64,000 nt of DNA from an uncultured Clostridia bacterium (GTDB lineage Bacteria; Bacillota; Clostridia; Christensenellales; UBA1242): positions 3,389-67,388 of the forward strand of contig CAKVGZ010000002.1 in NCBI GenBank assembly GCA_934747765.1, read 5' to 3'. The notes below the pieces were generated by a model, which saw only the letters and a program-made list of their open reading frames with translations, searched no databases and was not told the DNA's origin. Each line of letters starts with the position of its first letter. Position 1 is the stretch's first letter. The translations under genes were made by a program, and so were the position numbers. Shown here piece after piece: positions 36,840-46,525 of the stretch.

Positions 36840-37043
36840 ATGAAAATATTTGCAGAAAGATTAAGAGAATTAAGATTAGAAAGAAATTTATCAATGAAAC
36901 AGCTAGCAAAAGCACTTAATACAACCGACGCATCAATTTCTAATTGGGAAAACGAAATAAACGAACCGAAAATTTCATACCTAAAAGAAATTGCAACATT
37001 CTTTAATGTTTCTCCAGATTATTTGTTAGGTTTAGAAAACTAA
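36840..37043 (+). CDS. XRE-family HTH regulator (67 aa)
   Basis: 'LRELRLERNLSMKQLAKALNTTDASISNWENE'. Confidence 0.82.
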   Translation: MKIFAERLRELRLERNLSMKQLAKALNTTDASISNWENEINEPKISYLKEIATFFNVSPDYLLGLEN

Positions 37044-37158
37044 AACTGTAAAGAAATTCTTCTGAATATATTTGTTATTCTGTTGCGGATTGGAATCTAA
37101 ACAAATTGGCAAAACTTTTAGAACAAAAAAACGCCCGTAAGTAATTGGGCATTTTTTG

Positions 37159-38358
37159 TTATATTTTGCTTTTTCGATTTTGTCTGGCAACATTCAAGCA
37201 GACGCCAATTGCGCTCATGAACACAATAATTGATGTCGAGCCGGCAGAGATAAATGGAAGAGGAAGTCCTGTTGGCGGAATCATTCCCGAAACCACACAA
37301 AGGTTGATTATAACTTGGATGGAAATTACGCTTGCAACGCCCAAAACCAAAAGCGAGCCAAATCGGTCACGTGCATTTTTTGCAATTGAAACCAACAAAA
37401 GAACAAGAGTTGCAAAAGTCAAAACAACAATTGTTGCCCCAAAAAATCCAAGTTCTTCTCCAATGATTGAAAACACAAAGTCACTTTCTGAAAATGGCAG
37501 AAACAAATATTTTTGTCGCGAATTGAATAGTCCAACACCAAACATTCCGCCATTGCCAAGGGAATATAACGATTGAATAAGTTGAAATCCTTCACCTTGA
37601 GGATTTGCCCATGGGTTCAAAAATGCCATAAATCTTTGAATTCTGTATGGTTCAACTATTATGAGGGCAGGAACTGCCGCGGCAAATGGCAAACCAAGAA
37701 ACATGAAATGTTTCATTTTTGTTCCACCAACAAACAACATGAACAACATAACAAGACCCACACACATGGTTATGCTCATGTTTGGTTCAAGAATAATTAA
37801 AGCGCAAAATCCCAAACCAACACCCAAAACAGGCAAAAGTGTTTTGAATTTTCCAACTTTCTCATAATTGTCTGCTAGATATCCTGCAGAAAACAAAACA
37901 AATGCAAATTTTGCGAACTCGCTTGGTTGAATTGTGAAAAATCCAAGATTGAGCCATCTTCGGGCCCCGTAGTTTTCAACTCCAATTCCAGGAATGAACA
38001 CAAGTGCCAAAAGTATTGCAGAAACAATCACTCCAATCCATTTGAATTTTTTAAGTTTGTGATAATCTATTTTTGAAAACACAAACATTGCAACCGTTCC
38101 CAAAACAACACCAACAATTTGTTTTGTGAGATAAAAATATTGATTGTTGTATCTATATTTTGCAACGTAACTGCTTGCGCTGTAGACCATCAAACATCCA
38201 AAAATTCCAAGCGCAAGAACAATCAGAAAAATACTGCAACTTTTTTTATCAACAAACATTCCTTTCCGGGAATATGTTTGAAGGGCAAAAGTTTTTTGCG
38301 ATTCTTGTTTGAACAAATTTTTGAAGAAAGGTTTTTTGGAAGATTGCTTTGTTTTCAT
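37159..38358 (-). CDS. ftsW: FtsW/RodA/SpoVE-family peptidoglycan glycosyltransferase
   Basis: Polytopic membrane protein with 'QPSEFAK' and 'PFISAGSTS'-type motifs. Lies downstream of murD. Confidence 0.88.
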   Translation of the reverse strand: MKTKQSSKKPFFKNLFKQESQKTFALQTYSRKGMFVDKKSCSIFLIVLALGIFGCLMVYSASSYVAKYRYNNQYFYLTKQIVGVVLGTVAMFVFSKIDYHKLKKFKWIGVIVSAILLALVFIPGIGVENYGARRWLNLGFFTIQPSEFAKFAFVLFSAGYLADNYEKVGKFKTLLPVLGVGLGFCALIILEPNMSITMCVGLVMLFMLFVGGTKMKHFMFLGLPFAAAVPALIIVEPYRIQRFMAFLNPWANPQGEGFQLIQSLYSLGNGGMFGVGLFNSRQKYLFLPFSESDFVFSIIGEELGFFGATIVVLTFATLVLLLVSIAKNARDRFGSLLVLGVASVISIQVIINLCVVSGMIPPTGLPLPFISAGSTSIIVFMSAIGVCLNVARQNRKSKI

Positions 38359-39683
38359 GAGCGACCTCCCGAACGTTTTTTGAAAAAGTCACCACGTTCT
38401 TCATAATTGGAAAACTCGTCAAAACTTGCGCAGGCAGGTGCAAGAACCAAGTTTATTCTTTCTCCTTGATAGTTTTCGAGGCAAATTTGTTTTCCTTTTT
38501 CAATTGCTTGTTTCAAATTTTCACATTCAACAATTTTTGAAAACCCAACTTTATTTGCCGACATTGCAAGTTTATCTTTTGTTGCGCCATACACAACGGC
38601 AGAAAGCACGTTATCTCCAAGCCCCTCGAACAAAGCGTCAAAATCTTCCCCTTTGTCGCTTCCTCCAAAAAGAGGAACACATTTTCCACCCAAGCATGAA
38701 ATGTCGCAAACTGCACTGGCAACGTTGGTGGCTTTGCTGTCGTTTATGTAGCAAATTTTTTGTGTTGTGCCAACAACTTCAAGCCTGTGACGAAGTGGAT
38801 GAAAATTTTGAATTCGCTGTGAAATTTGTAAATTGTTAACCCCCAATAGTTTCGAAATTAAAATCCCAGCCAAAACATTTTCCAAGTTCTTTTTTCCAAT
38901 CAACTTTATTTTGTCAATTTCCATAACAAAAACATTTTCGATGTTATCCTTAAAATATATCTCTCCGCCAGAAACATAAGTTCCTCTAAATTCTGAATTT
39001 TCAAACTGGTCGTGAGTTGAAAAATAGTATATCTGAGAAGGGGCATCTTTCATGATATCTTTCGACCAGTCATCATAATTTAACACTAAAAAATCGTTTT
39101 GAGTTTGATTTTTATATATTCTTTTTTTACATTCGATATATCTTTCAAAAGTTTTGTGACGAATGAGATGGTCGGGCGCAAGATTTAATATCACAGCAAT
39201 TTGTGGGTGAAACATGTCAATTGTTTCAAGCTGAAACGAACTTGTTTCACAAACTGTGATTGAACTGGCATCTGTCTTTCCTGAAAGTGAAATTAGTGGA
39301 AGACCAATGTTTCCGGCTATAAACACATTCTCTTTTCCAAGGATTTCTCCAACAAGAGTTGTGGTTGTTGTTTTGCCGTTTGTTCCCGTGATTGCAACAA
39401 GTTTGCCATACAAATTCAAATAACCAAGTTCAAGTTCAGAAATCATCTTTATTTTTCGTTTAGAAAACTCCAAACAAACAGGGCTTTCTAACGACACTCC
39501 CGGACTCAAAACAACAAGGTCGATGTTGTCATAGTCAAACCTAATCTTTTCGCCATCGCAGTAAGTCCAAACTTTTGCACCATGACTTTCCAAAAAAGTT
39601 TTTGATGCCAGGCCACTTTTCCCAAGGCCATAAATCAAAATATGTTTTCGTTTATAAGGATTGTTTTTGCAAAATAATTTCAA
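38355..39683 (-). CDS. murD: UDP-N-acetylmuramoylalanine--D-glutamate ligase
   Basis: 'GLGKSG' and 'ITGTNGKTTTTTL'. Overlaps mraY and ftsW by 4 nt each. Confidence 0.92.
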   Translation of the reverse strand: MKLFCKNNPYKRKHILIYGLGKSGLASKTFLESHGAKVWTYCDGEKIRFDYDNIDLVVLSPGVSLESPVCLEFSKRKIKMISELELGYLNLYGKLVAITGTNGKTTTTTLVGEILGKENVFIAGNIGLPLISLSGKTDASSITVCETSSFQLETIDMFHPQIAVILNLAPDHLIRHKTFERYIECKKRIYKNQTQNDFLVLNYDDWSKDIMKDAPSQIYYFSTHDQFENSEFRGTYVSGGEIYFKDNIENVFVMEIDKIKLIGKKNLENVLAGILISKLLGVNNLQISQRIQNFHPLRHRLEVVGTTQKICYINDSKATNVASAVCDISCLGGKCVPLFGGSDKGEDFDALFEGLGDNVLSAVVYGATKDKLAMSANKVGFSKIVECENLKQAIEKGKQICLENYQGERINLVLAPACASFDEFSNYEERGDFFKKRSGGRS

Positions 39684-40678
39684 ACTCCACCCGCATACAT
39701 AGTTATTGCAATCACCAATGCACTCATGGCGATTGTTATAACTATATATACGAAAGTTATTCTGTTTTCATGCACTCCCCTTTTCTCAAAATGATGATGT
39801 AGTGGAGCCATCAAGAATATTCGTTTTTTGGTTCGCTTAAAATGTAAAACTTGCAAACAAACAGAGAGTGCCGAAACAACAAACATAATTCCAATGAATG
39901 GGATGAGAAGCGTTGTTCTTGAGAACACAGCAATTGAAGTTAACAACCCTCCAAGCGCAAGTGAACCTGTGTCACCCATAAAAATTTTTGCTCGATTAAC
40001 GTTAAAACATAAAAATCCAATTATTGCCCCAAGCGCACAAAATGAAAGAATCAGCAGGTTTTGATTTTCCATGACCTCAGCACTGGTCATTGCATCTTTT
40101 CCGTAAAAGAGCAAAAGCCCGATGAATCCAATTAGATATGCACCTGAAACTCCACCAGCAAGCCCGTCCAAGCCGTCTGTTAGGTTAACACTGTTCACCA
40201 CAGCAAGATAAACAAAGATGATAAATGGAATAATTCCCCATTTAAGGTCAATGTAAATGTCTGTGAAAGGCACAATCAGTTTCGACCCAACAAGACCAGA
40301 ATAATACACATAGAAAGCAATTATGATTGCAATTCCCACTTGTCCAATTATCTTCTGATATGGTCTGAGCCCAAGATTTTGTCTGAATTTGATTTTTATG
40401 AAATCATCCAAAAATCCAAGAATTCCATAGGCCAACATAACAGCAATTGACACTGTTGCAAGTTGGAAATTTTTGGTGAAAAAGCAAAATGCAAACATAA
40501 TGGCAATGATAAATATAAGTCCGCCCATTGTTGGCGTTCCTTGCTTGTCTTTGTGTGCTTCCACATAATGCAAAATTGTCTGCGATGCCTTAAATTTTTT
40601 CGACGCAAAAATAACTCCCGGCGCAATTGCCACCGAAATTCCCAAGCATGCCAAAAAACAAATCAAATAGTAATTCAA
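39680..40678 (-). CDS. mraY: phospho-N-acetylmuramoyl-pentapeptide transferase
   Basis: 'GTPTMGG', 'DDFIKI', 'NLTDGLDGLA' and 'APLHHHFE'. Confidence 0.95.
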   Translation of the reverse strand: MNYYLICFLACLGISVAIAPGVIFASKKFKASQTILHYVEAHKDKQGTPTMGGLIFIIAIMFAFCFFTKNFQLATVSIAVMLAYGILGFLDDFIKIKFRQNLGLRPYQKIIGQVGIAIIIAFYVYYSGLVGSKLIVPFTDIYIDLKWGIIPFIIFVYLAVVNSVNLTDGLDGLAGGVSGAYLIGFIGLLLFYGKDAMTSAEVMENQNLLILSFCALGAIIGFLCFNVNRAKIFMGDTGSLALGGLLTSIAVFSRTTLLIPFIGIMFVVSALSVCLQVLHFKRTKKRIFLMAPLHHHFEKRGVHENRITFVYIVITIAMSALVIAITMYAGGV

Positions 40679-42144
40679 ATTTGTCCTCCAAGAATTGCTT
40701 TTTCAAGACGCATTTCTTCGTCAATATCACGAACCACTTCAAAGTCGTTATATGGAGATTTTACCCCATTTATGTCTTGATATTCTTCCGCACCTTTTCC
40801 AAGAATTGCAATTGCATCCCCACTTCTTGAAATTTCAATTGCGTGATGCACTGCAATTGTTCTGTCGGCAAAACGTGTGTGAGTGGATTTCCTCATTCCA
40901 AACTCAATGTCGTCAATAATAAGTTCAGGATTTTCAAAACGTGGATTGTCGCTTGTCAAAACAACAAAGTCGCTTAAATCCTCAGCAATTTTTCCCATCT
41001 GTGGTCGCTTAGATTTATCTCTGTTTCCTCCACACCCCACAACAGTTATGATTCTTTTGAAAGGCATGTTTGAAAGTGCAGTCAAAACTTTTTCCACTCC
41101 ATCAGGTGTGTGTGCAAAATCGATGATGGCCGTTGCTCCATTGGCAAGCTGAATGCTGTTGAGCCTTCCAGGAACACTTTTCAAACTTTCAAGACCTTTT
41201 TTGATATCTTTTTCATTAATGCCCAGAAGCGCACAAGTTCCCGCACTCCCCAGACTGTTGTAAATGTTAAACTCTCCAAGAAGATTGCTTCGCACGTCAA
41301 AAACATCATCTAGAAGATTGACAACATATTCCGTCTTGCTTATCTTTCTGCTAACATCAATTGCAAATATGTCGCAAGGCGAATATAATCCGTAAGAAAC
41401 ATAGGGAACATCAATGCTTTCGGCAATTTCTTTTCCAACTGGGTCATCAAAATTAAGAACGGTACTTTTTATCATTTTTGAAGAAAAGAGTTTTAATTTA
41501 GATTGTTTATATTTTTCCATGGTCCCAAAAAAATCCAGGTGGTCTTGAGTGAAATTCGTGAACAGTCCAACTTCAAAAACAATTCCTTCAAGTTTGTCAA
41601 GTTCCAAAGCATGTGCACTGGCTTCCATAACAACAAATTCAACGCCATTTTCTTTCATTTCAAAAAGCAACTTAAAAAGCATTTCTGGGTCTGGCGTTGT
41701 CATTCCAGTTTCAAAAAATTGTTGACCAATGAATGCGCCTTGAGTTCCAATCAGTCCAACTGTTTTTCCGGCATCCTCCAAAATGTTTTTGATGAGGAAT
41801 GATGACGTGGTCTTTCCGTTCGTTCCAGTGATTGCAATCATCTTCAAATCTTTTTGAGGATTTGAATAGAAATTGGCAAACAAAATTGAAAGTGCTTTTC
41901 TTGTTGACTGACACACAACTTGGGTCACATCAACTTCCACCTTTCGCTCGCAAACAACAACTTTTGCCCCCTTTTGCTCTGCAGATTTTATGTAGTCGTG
42001 CCCATCTGCATTCTCACCCTTTAAACAAACAAACATAGTTCCATTTTTCACTTTTCTGCTGTCATAGACGATGTCTTCAATTTCAATTTCTTCATCACCA
42101 TAAATCTGACATTCCAAATTTTTTGTTAACTCAAAAAGTTTCAT
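40675..42144 (-). CDS. murE: UDP-N-acetylmuramoyl-L-alanyl-D-glutamate--2,6-diaminopimelate ligase
   Basis: 'ITGTNGKTT', plus 'TSDNPR' (the DNPR motif associated with meso-DAP specificity). Confidence 0.9.
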   Translation of the reverse strand: MKLFELTKNLECQIYGDEEIEIEDIVYDSRKVKNGTMFVCLKGENADGHDYIKSAEQKGAKVVVCERKVEVDVTQVVCQSTRKALSILFANFYSNPQKDLKMIAITGTNGKTTSSFLIKNILEDAGKTVGLIGTQGAFIGQQFFETGMTTPDPEMLFKLLFEMKENGVEFVVMEASAHALELDKLEGIVFEVGLFTNFTQDHLDFFGTMEKYKQSKLKLFSSKMIKSTVLNFDDPVGKEIAESIDVPYVSYGLYSPCDIFAIDVSRKISKTEYVVNLLDDVFDVRSNLLGEFNIYNSLGSAGTCALLGINEKDIKKGLESLKSVPGRLNSIQLANGATAIIDFAHTPDGVEKVLTALSNMPFKRIITVVGCGGNRDKSKRPQMGKIAEDLSDFVVLTSDNPRFENPELIIDDIEFGMRKSTHTRFADRTIAVHHAIEISRSGDAIAILGKGAEEYQDINGVKSPYNDFEVVRDIDEEMRLEKAILGGQI

Positions 42145-42270
42145 TCTCTTCTCCTTTAAAGAAAATCATACACCTCAAAAACTTGAAAAAACATAGGTTC
42201 GCAAAATAAGTTATAAAAACAAAAAAGTCGCCAAGTTTTTCAACTTCCTAATTGTAAGATATTTTTGCAT

Positions 42271-42298
42271 AAAAAAAATATAACCGCTGACGGCTATA
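42271..42298 (-). terminator. intrinsic terminator after recO
   Basis: TATAGCCG-TCAG-CGGTTATA stem (one mismatch) followed by U8. The recO stop codon lies in the stem. Confidence 0.65.
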
Positions 42299-43010
42299 TA
42301 GTTTTTAGTTCATGGTCAAATCTAAATTTAAAATTTTCTTTCAAAAGATTAAGTGCCGAAGTTGTTGCTTGGTCGGAAAGTTTGAGAGTTTTCAATTTTT
42401 CAAGGTCGCAATCGGCAGTTAGTCTTAAAGCATTGTGAACAAGCGGGGAAATTTCGATGGCATCCAAACTTTTGCAATAGTTGCAAACAATTTCGCCTTC
42501 ACTTGGCAAAAAGAATCGTTTTTGCCTGAACTCCTCTCCACAACTTGCACATTTCGAAAGAGCAAGTTGATAGCCCATTGCACTGAAAATATCAATCAAA
42601 AATCTCATTTCAATCAATTTGCAATCAATGTTTTCATAGGCCAACATTTGCAAGATTTTCAATGTTTCAATGAACAATGCTTGATTGGGTTGATTTTCTC
42701 TTCCAACAACTTTCAGAATTTCAAGAATAGTGCAACCTGAATAGAATTTGTCAATGTCCGAAGTAATGTTAAAAAATGTTTCAATGACATTTGCAGAGGT
42801 GACAGTTGAGAAATCTCCTCTCGACACAATTTCAAAATCGGCAAAACAAAAAATTTCTTTAACCGCTTTAAGCTTTGCTCCGGGTTTTTTAACTCCAACA
42901 ATCTTCGCATAAACAATCCCTTTTTCAAGAGAGAAGATGGTCAAAATTTTATCGTTTTCTTTGTAGTCTTTTGATGAAATAACAATGCCCTTAATTTTTT
43001 GTTCGTCCAT
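42294..43010 (-). CDS. recO: DNA repair protein RecO
   Basis: N-terminal OB region 'GIVISSKDYKENDKILTIFSLEKG', and a C-terminal zinc motif 'CASCG...(x)...CNYC'. Confidence 0.88.
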   Translation of the reverse strand: MDEQKIKGIVISSKDYKENDKILTIFSLEKGIVYAKIVGVKKPGAKLKAVKEIFCFADFEIVSRGDFSTVTSANVIETFFNITSDIDKFYSGCTILEILKVVGRENQPNQALFIETLKILQMLAYENIDCKLIEMRFLIDIFSAMGYQLALSKCASCGEEFRQKRFFLPSEGEIVCNYCKSLDAIEISPLVHNALRLTADCDLEKLKTLKLSDQATTSALNLLKENFKFRFDHELKTI

Positions 43011-43068
43011 AAAAACAGTCTATCACATTTTAAACAATAACAAAAGAAAAAACGTGCATAATTGCACG

Positions 43069-43278
43069 TTACATTTCCATTCCAGCTTCTTGAGAAGAAC
43101 TAAAATTTTTTACATTAGATTTATAGAAAGCCTTTTCTTTAAGACCCTGATAGGCGTGGAACGCCCCAAACGCTTCGACAGTTTTTCCTTTAAGCGTCAG
43201 TTCAACAAAACTGTTCCATGCTCTTTCAACATCGCTGTTGATATCAAACGGCATATCATAAGGCGACCTAAATTTCAT
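43069..43278 (-). CDS. hypothetical small protein (69 aa)
   Basis: SD TAGGAGGGAAC. Own promoter TTTACA, 18 nt spacer, TG-TATAAT. No motif recognised. Confidence 0.55.
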   Translation of the reverse strand: MKFRSPYDMPFDINSDVERAWNSFVELTLKGKTVEAFGAFHAYQGLKEKAFYKSNVKNFSSSQEAGMEM

Positions 43279-43685
43279 AGTTCCCTCCTAAAATTCTTGT
43301 ATCTTTATCTTATGATTTTCCTACTCACATTATACACCCCACCAAAACAATTTGTAAAATTTTTGAAAGGAATTTTTTTGAAATTTTGAATATTTGTGAC
43401 TTTTAACCAATTAAAATTTAATCTACAAATTATGCTATAAAGGCCACAAGCCTTTGGTGCTCGCACCTTTAACAAAAAACCTTTTTCATATCATTTTATG
43501 ACTTTTGGGCTGTTTTTTGTTAAATCGGTGTTTTTTTGTGGGAAAAATTTTCGACATTTTTAAATTTTTTTCAAAATTTTTATTATTTTTGCGTATTTTT
43601 TAACAAATTTTTAATATTTCCAGCATAAATTAAAAGAAATCAGACAATATTTGACAAATCAATAAAAAAATGCTATTATCATCTT

Positions 43686-44285
43686 ATGAAAAGAAAATTT
43701 TCAAATAAAAAGCAATTGAAAAATCGAAGCTATGGCGAAGTGATTGATGTTTGCATCGAAATCCTTGGTGATATAAAAAAAGAACGTCTGGCAACATCTC
43801 TTTTCTCTCTTGCGTTCATTGGCTCGATTTCTTCAACATTGATAACATCGGCAGTTTTAACTTTCAAAGGAAAGCAACTTCCTGCCTATAACAATTCCCA
43901 CATCCTTGAAACAATTTTTGGAACGTTGGGAGCAACAACATTCATAACAAAAATGTCTTTAGGCCTGAAAGAAAGTCTTTTGATAGGTGAAGTTAAACAC
44001 GACTTAAAAAACTATGGAGTTTGGTTCAAAGAAGCAAATCGGTCTTATCCTCCACTTTATCTTTATTCTGAAGACAATAATTATAGAGTTGACGTTTTGG
44101 ATATCATAAATGAAGCATCTTTGATTGCAATAAACAACAAAAGAACATTGATGAATTTGAACATAAATCAACTTGAAAAGTTAAAAGAAAAAATGATTGA
44201 AGAAACTGAAAGACCTCCAATTTATGAAATTTATGAAGAGTTTAAACCAAAGAAAAAAGTGCAAAACTCTGGAATAGAAAAATAA
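43686..44285 (+). CDS. hypothetical membrane protein (199 aa)
   Basis: Two hydrophobic segments. Promoter TTGACA (43651-43656), 17 nt spacer, TATTAT (43674-43679), with the ATG 6 nt downstream (leaderless). Its stop overlaps the truA start. Confidence 0.6.
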   Translation: MKRKFSNKKQLKNRSYGEVIDVCIEILGDIKKERLATSLFSLAFIGSISSTLITSAVLTFKGKQLPAYNNSHILETIFGTLGATTFITKMSLGLKESLLIGEVKHDLKNYGVWFKEANRSYPPLYLYSEDNNYRVDVLDIINEASLIAINNKRTLMNLNINQLEKLKEKMIEETERPPIYEIYEEFKPKKKVQNSGIEK

Positions 44286-45046
44286 TGAAAATTAAAATTA
44301 CAATATGTTATAACGGACAAAATTTTGTCGGATGGCAAACTCAAAACAATGGAAGAAGCGTTCAAGAAGAAATTGAAAAAACGCTTTCTTTTTTGTTTGA
44401 TGAAAAAACAAAAATAGTTGGAAGCGGTCGAACAGATGCCAAAGTTCACGCTCTTGGCCAAGTTGCAAGTTTCGAAGCATCATCTCAAAAGTTCGTCAAA
44501 AATTTCACAAACAAATCTTGTTTGAACGAGAAAAAACTTGTTTCTGCAATCAATGCAAATCTTCCAACTGACATAAAAATTCTAAGTGCTCAGCAAGTGC
44601 AAGATTCGTTTCATGCCAGATTCGACACCAAACAAAAAACATATCTTTATAGATTGCAAGTTGGAACAAATCCGCTGACCGAAGGTTTTGTGGGAGTTGT
44701 GAATTTGTGTCCAGATATAAAACTTATGAAAAAAGCTGGCAAGTATCTGTTTGGAGAACATGATTTTTCTGCCTTTTGTTCATCTAAAACGGAAACTAAA
44801 ACATTTGTGAGAAAAATATATAAAATTAAAATAACAAAAGTTTCACCAATAGAATTTGACTTTGAAATAACTGGCAATGGTTTTTTGTATAACATGGTTC
44901 GAATAATAGTTGGAACTCTTTATGAAGCTGGAATTGGGAAAATATCGCCAAAAGACACAAAAACAATTCTCAGTTTGAAAGACCGAAAAAAAGCAGGCAA
45001 AACTGCACCTGCTTGTGGACTTTATTTAAAAGAAGTCAAATACTAA
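44285..45046 (+). CDS. truA: tRNA pseudouridine(38-40) synthase
   Basis: 'GSGRTDAKVHALGQV' (catalytic D) and 'GNGFLYNMVRIIVG'. Confidence 0.93.
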   Translation: MKIKITICYNGQNFVGWQTQNNGRSVQEEIEKTLSFLFDEKTKIVGSGRTDAKVHALGQVASFEASSQKFVKNFTNKSCLNEKKLVSAINANLPTDIKILSAQQVQDSFHARFDTKQKTYLYRLQVGTNPLTEGFVGVVNLCPDIKLMKKAGKYLFGEHDFSAFCSSKTETKTFVRKIYKIKITKVSPIEFDFEITGNGFLYNMVRIIVGTLYEAGIGKISPKDTKTILSLKDRKKAGKTAPACGLYLKEVKY

Positions 45047-45073
45047 AAAAAGAACGCATATTGCGTTCTTTTT
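45045..45073. terminator. bidirectional intrinsic terminator between truA and rpsI
   Basis: AGAACGCA/TGCGTTCT stem flanked by an A-run and a T-run. Confidence 0.75.
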
Positions 45074-45502
45074 CTATCTCTTACTGAATTGTGGAGCTTT
45101 TCTAGCCTTTTTAAGACCGTATTTCTTTCTTTCTTTCATTCTTGAATCTCTTGTTAAGAAACCTGCTTTCTTGATTTCAGTTTTGAGGTTTTCTTCAGCT
45201 TTAACCAAAGCTCTAGAAATTCCGTGACGAATTGCTCCTGCTTGACCAGTGTAGCCACCACCAACAACATTAACATAAACATCATATTTTGTGTCGTTTC
45301 CTGTTAAGGCAAGAGGTTGGCGAACAATGTATTTCATTGTGTCATGGTCGAAATATTCATCGATGCTTTTGTTGTTGATAACAATTGTTCCGTTTCCATT
45401 AGGAATCAAACGAACTCTAGCGATAGCTTTTTTTCTTCTGCCTGTTCCAAGGAAAGCATTAGATTTTGCTTTCAATGTAGGTTTAACTTTCTTTTCAGCC
45501 AT
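45074..45502 (-). CDS. rpsI: 30S ribosomal protein S9
   Basis: '[14 protein letters not shown]' and '[26 protein letters not shown]'. TAATG overlap with rplM. Confidence 0.95.
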   Translation of the reverse strand: MAEKKVKPTLKAKSNAFLGTGRRKKAIARVRLIPNGNGTIVINNKSIDEYFDHDTMKYIVRQPLALTGNDTKYDVYVNVVGGGYTGQAGAIRHGISRALVKAEENLKTEIKKAGFLTRDSRMKERKKYGLKKARKAPQFSKR

Positions 45503-45945
45503 TAGTTTCTTCCTCCCTTAATTGTGATAAGTTCAGGATGTTGAGCTTCATGTGGATGCTCTGCACCTTTGTAGATTTTAACTTTCTTTGCCATTGCTCT
45601 TCCAAGTGCATTTTTTGGAAGCATTCCTTTGATAGCTCTTAAGAGTGCAACGTCAGATTTTTCTTCCATCATTTTTTTGAATTGAGTTTCTTTCAATCCG
45701 CCTTGATAACCTGAATATGTTTTGAAGTATTTTTGTGTTAATTTGTTTCCAGTCAAAACAGCTTTGTCAGAATTGATAACGATAACATAGTCACCAGTGT
45801 CAACATTTGGAGTGAAAGTTGGTTTGTTTTTCCCTCTCAAAATGTATGCAACTTGGCTTGCAAGTCTTCCGAATGGAATTCCGTTAGCGTCAACAACATA
45901 CCATTTACGTTCAACTGTTTCTGGATGTGCCATAAAAGTTTTCAT
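45502..45945 (-). CDS. rplM: 50S ribosomal protein L13
   Basis: '[32 protein letters not shown]'. Confidence 0.96.
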   Translation of the reverse strand: MKTFMAHPETVERKWYVVDANGIPFGRLASQVAYILRGKNKPTFTPNVDTGDYVIVINSDKAVLTGNKLTQKYFKTYSGYQGGLKETQFKKMMEEKSDVALLRAIKGMLPKNALGRAMAKKVKIYKGAEHPHEAQHPELITIKGGRN

Positions 45946-46081
45946 TAATTTTTCTCCTTGTTAAAATAATCCGCTTTGAAAAGTGTTCGCGCAAATTCCA
46001 AAACTTCCTAATCATTGACAGAAGTTCTTCTTGTTCGGGGGCTAACCGGCACAAAGAAAAACAACGTCCGAAACGTTAGAC
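45946..46081 (-). promoter_or_regulatory. probable L13 leader upstream of rplM
   Basis: Promoter TTGACA (46111-46116), 17 nt spacer, TATATT (46088-46093). The ~136-nt leader has hairpins AACGU-UUCGG-ACGUU and AACUUCU...AGGAAGUU. Firmicutes carry an L13 leader at this position. Confidence 0.4.
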
Positions 46082-46148
46082 GAAAATAATATACTCCATT
46101 TGGAAACATTTGTCAACATTTTTGAAACAAAAAATAAATCAGATTTGC

Positions 46149-46176
46149 ATAAAAAAACTCGCCATAAAAGCGAGTT
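46149..46176 (-). terminator. intrinsic terminator after the 85-aa membrane protein gene
   Basis: AACTCGC/GCGAGTT stem followed by a U-run on the minus strand. Confidence 0.7.
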
Positions 46177-46191
46177 AATTTATTTTGATTA

Positions 46192-46449
46192 TTATTCAAA
46201 AATCATTATAATTAAAGCAACTAAGAGCATAACAAGACCAAATGCTTTTACAGTTATAAAAACCTTGTTGTCGTTTTCAACTGGCAAAGATCTAAGTTCT
46301 TCTTTTCTTGCAACTGAAGCAATTCTTCTTGCAAGCAAAATAAGAGCAAAACCAATGACAGCCAAAATTAATCCAACCATAACATGAGGTTTTTGAATTC
46401 TTGCGATAAAACTTCCAAAATCAATTGCACCTAACATAAAATTCAACAT
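46192..46449 (-). CDS. hypothetical small membrane protein (85 aa)
   Basis: Two TM segments. SD TAGGAGATG. Confidence 0.55.
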   Translation of the reverse strand: MLNFMLGAIDFGSFIARIQKPHVMVGLILAVIGFALILLARRIASVARKEELRSLPVENDNKVFITVKAFGLVMLLVALIIMIFE

Positions 46450-46525
46450 GTTGCATCTCCTACTAAATTGATATTAGACATTTTATCACGACTTTATAAA
46501 AAAAACAATACTTTTTTAAAAATTT

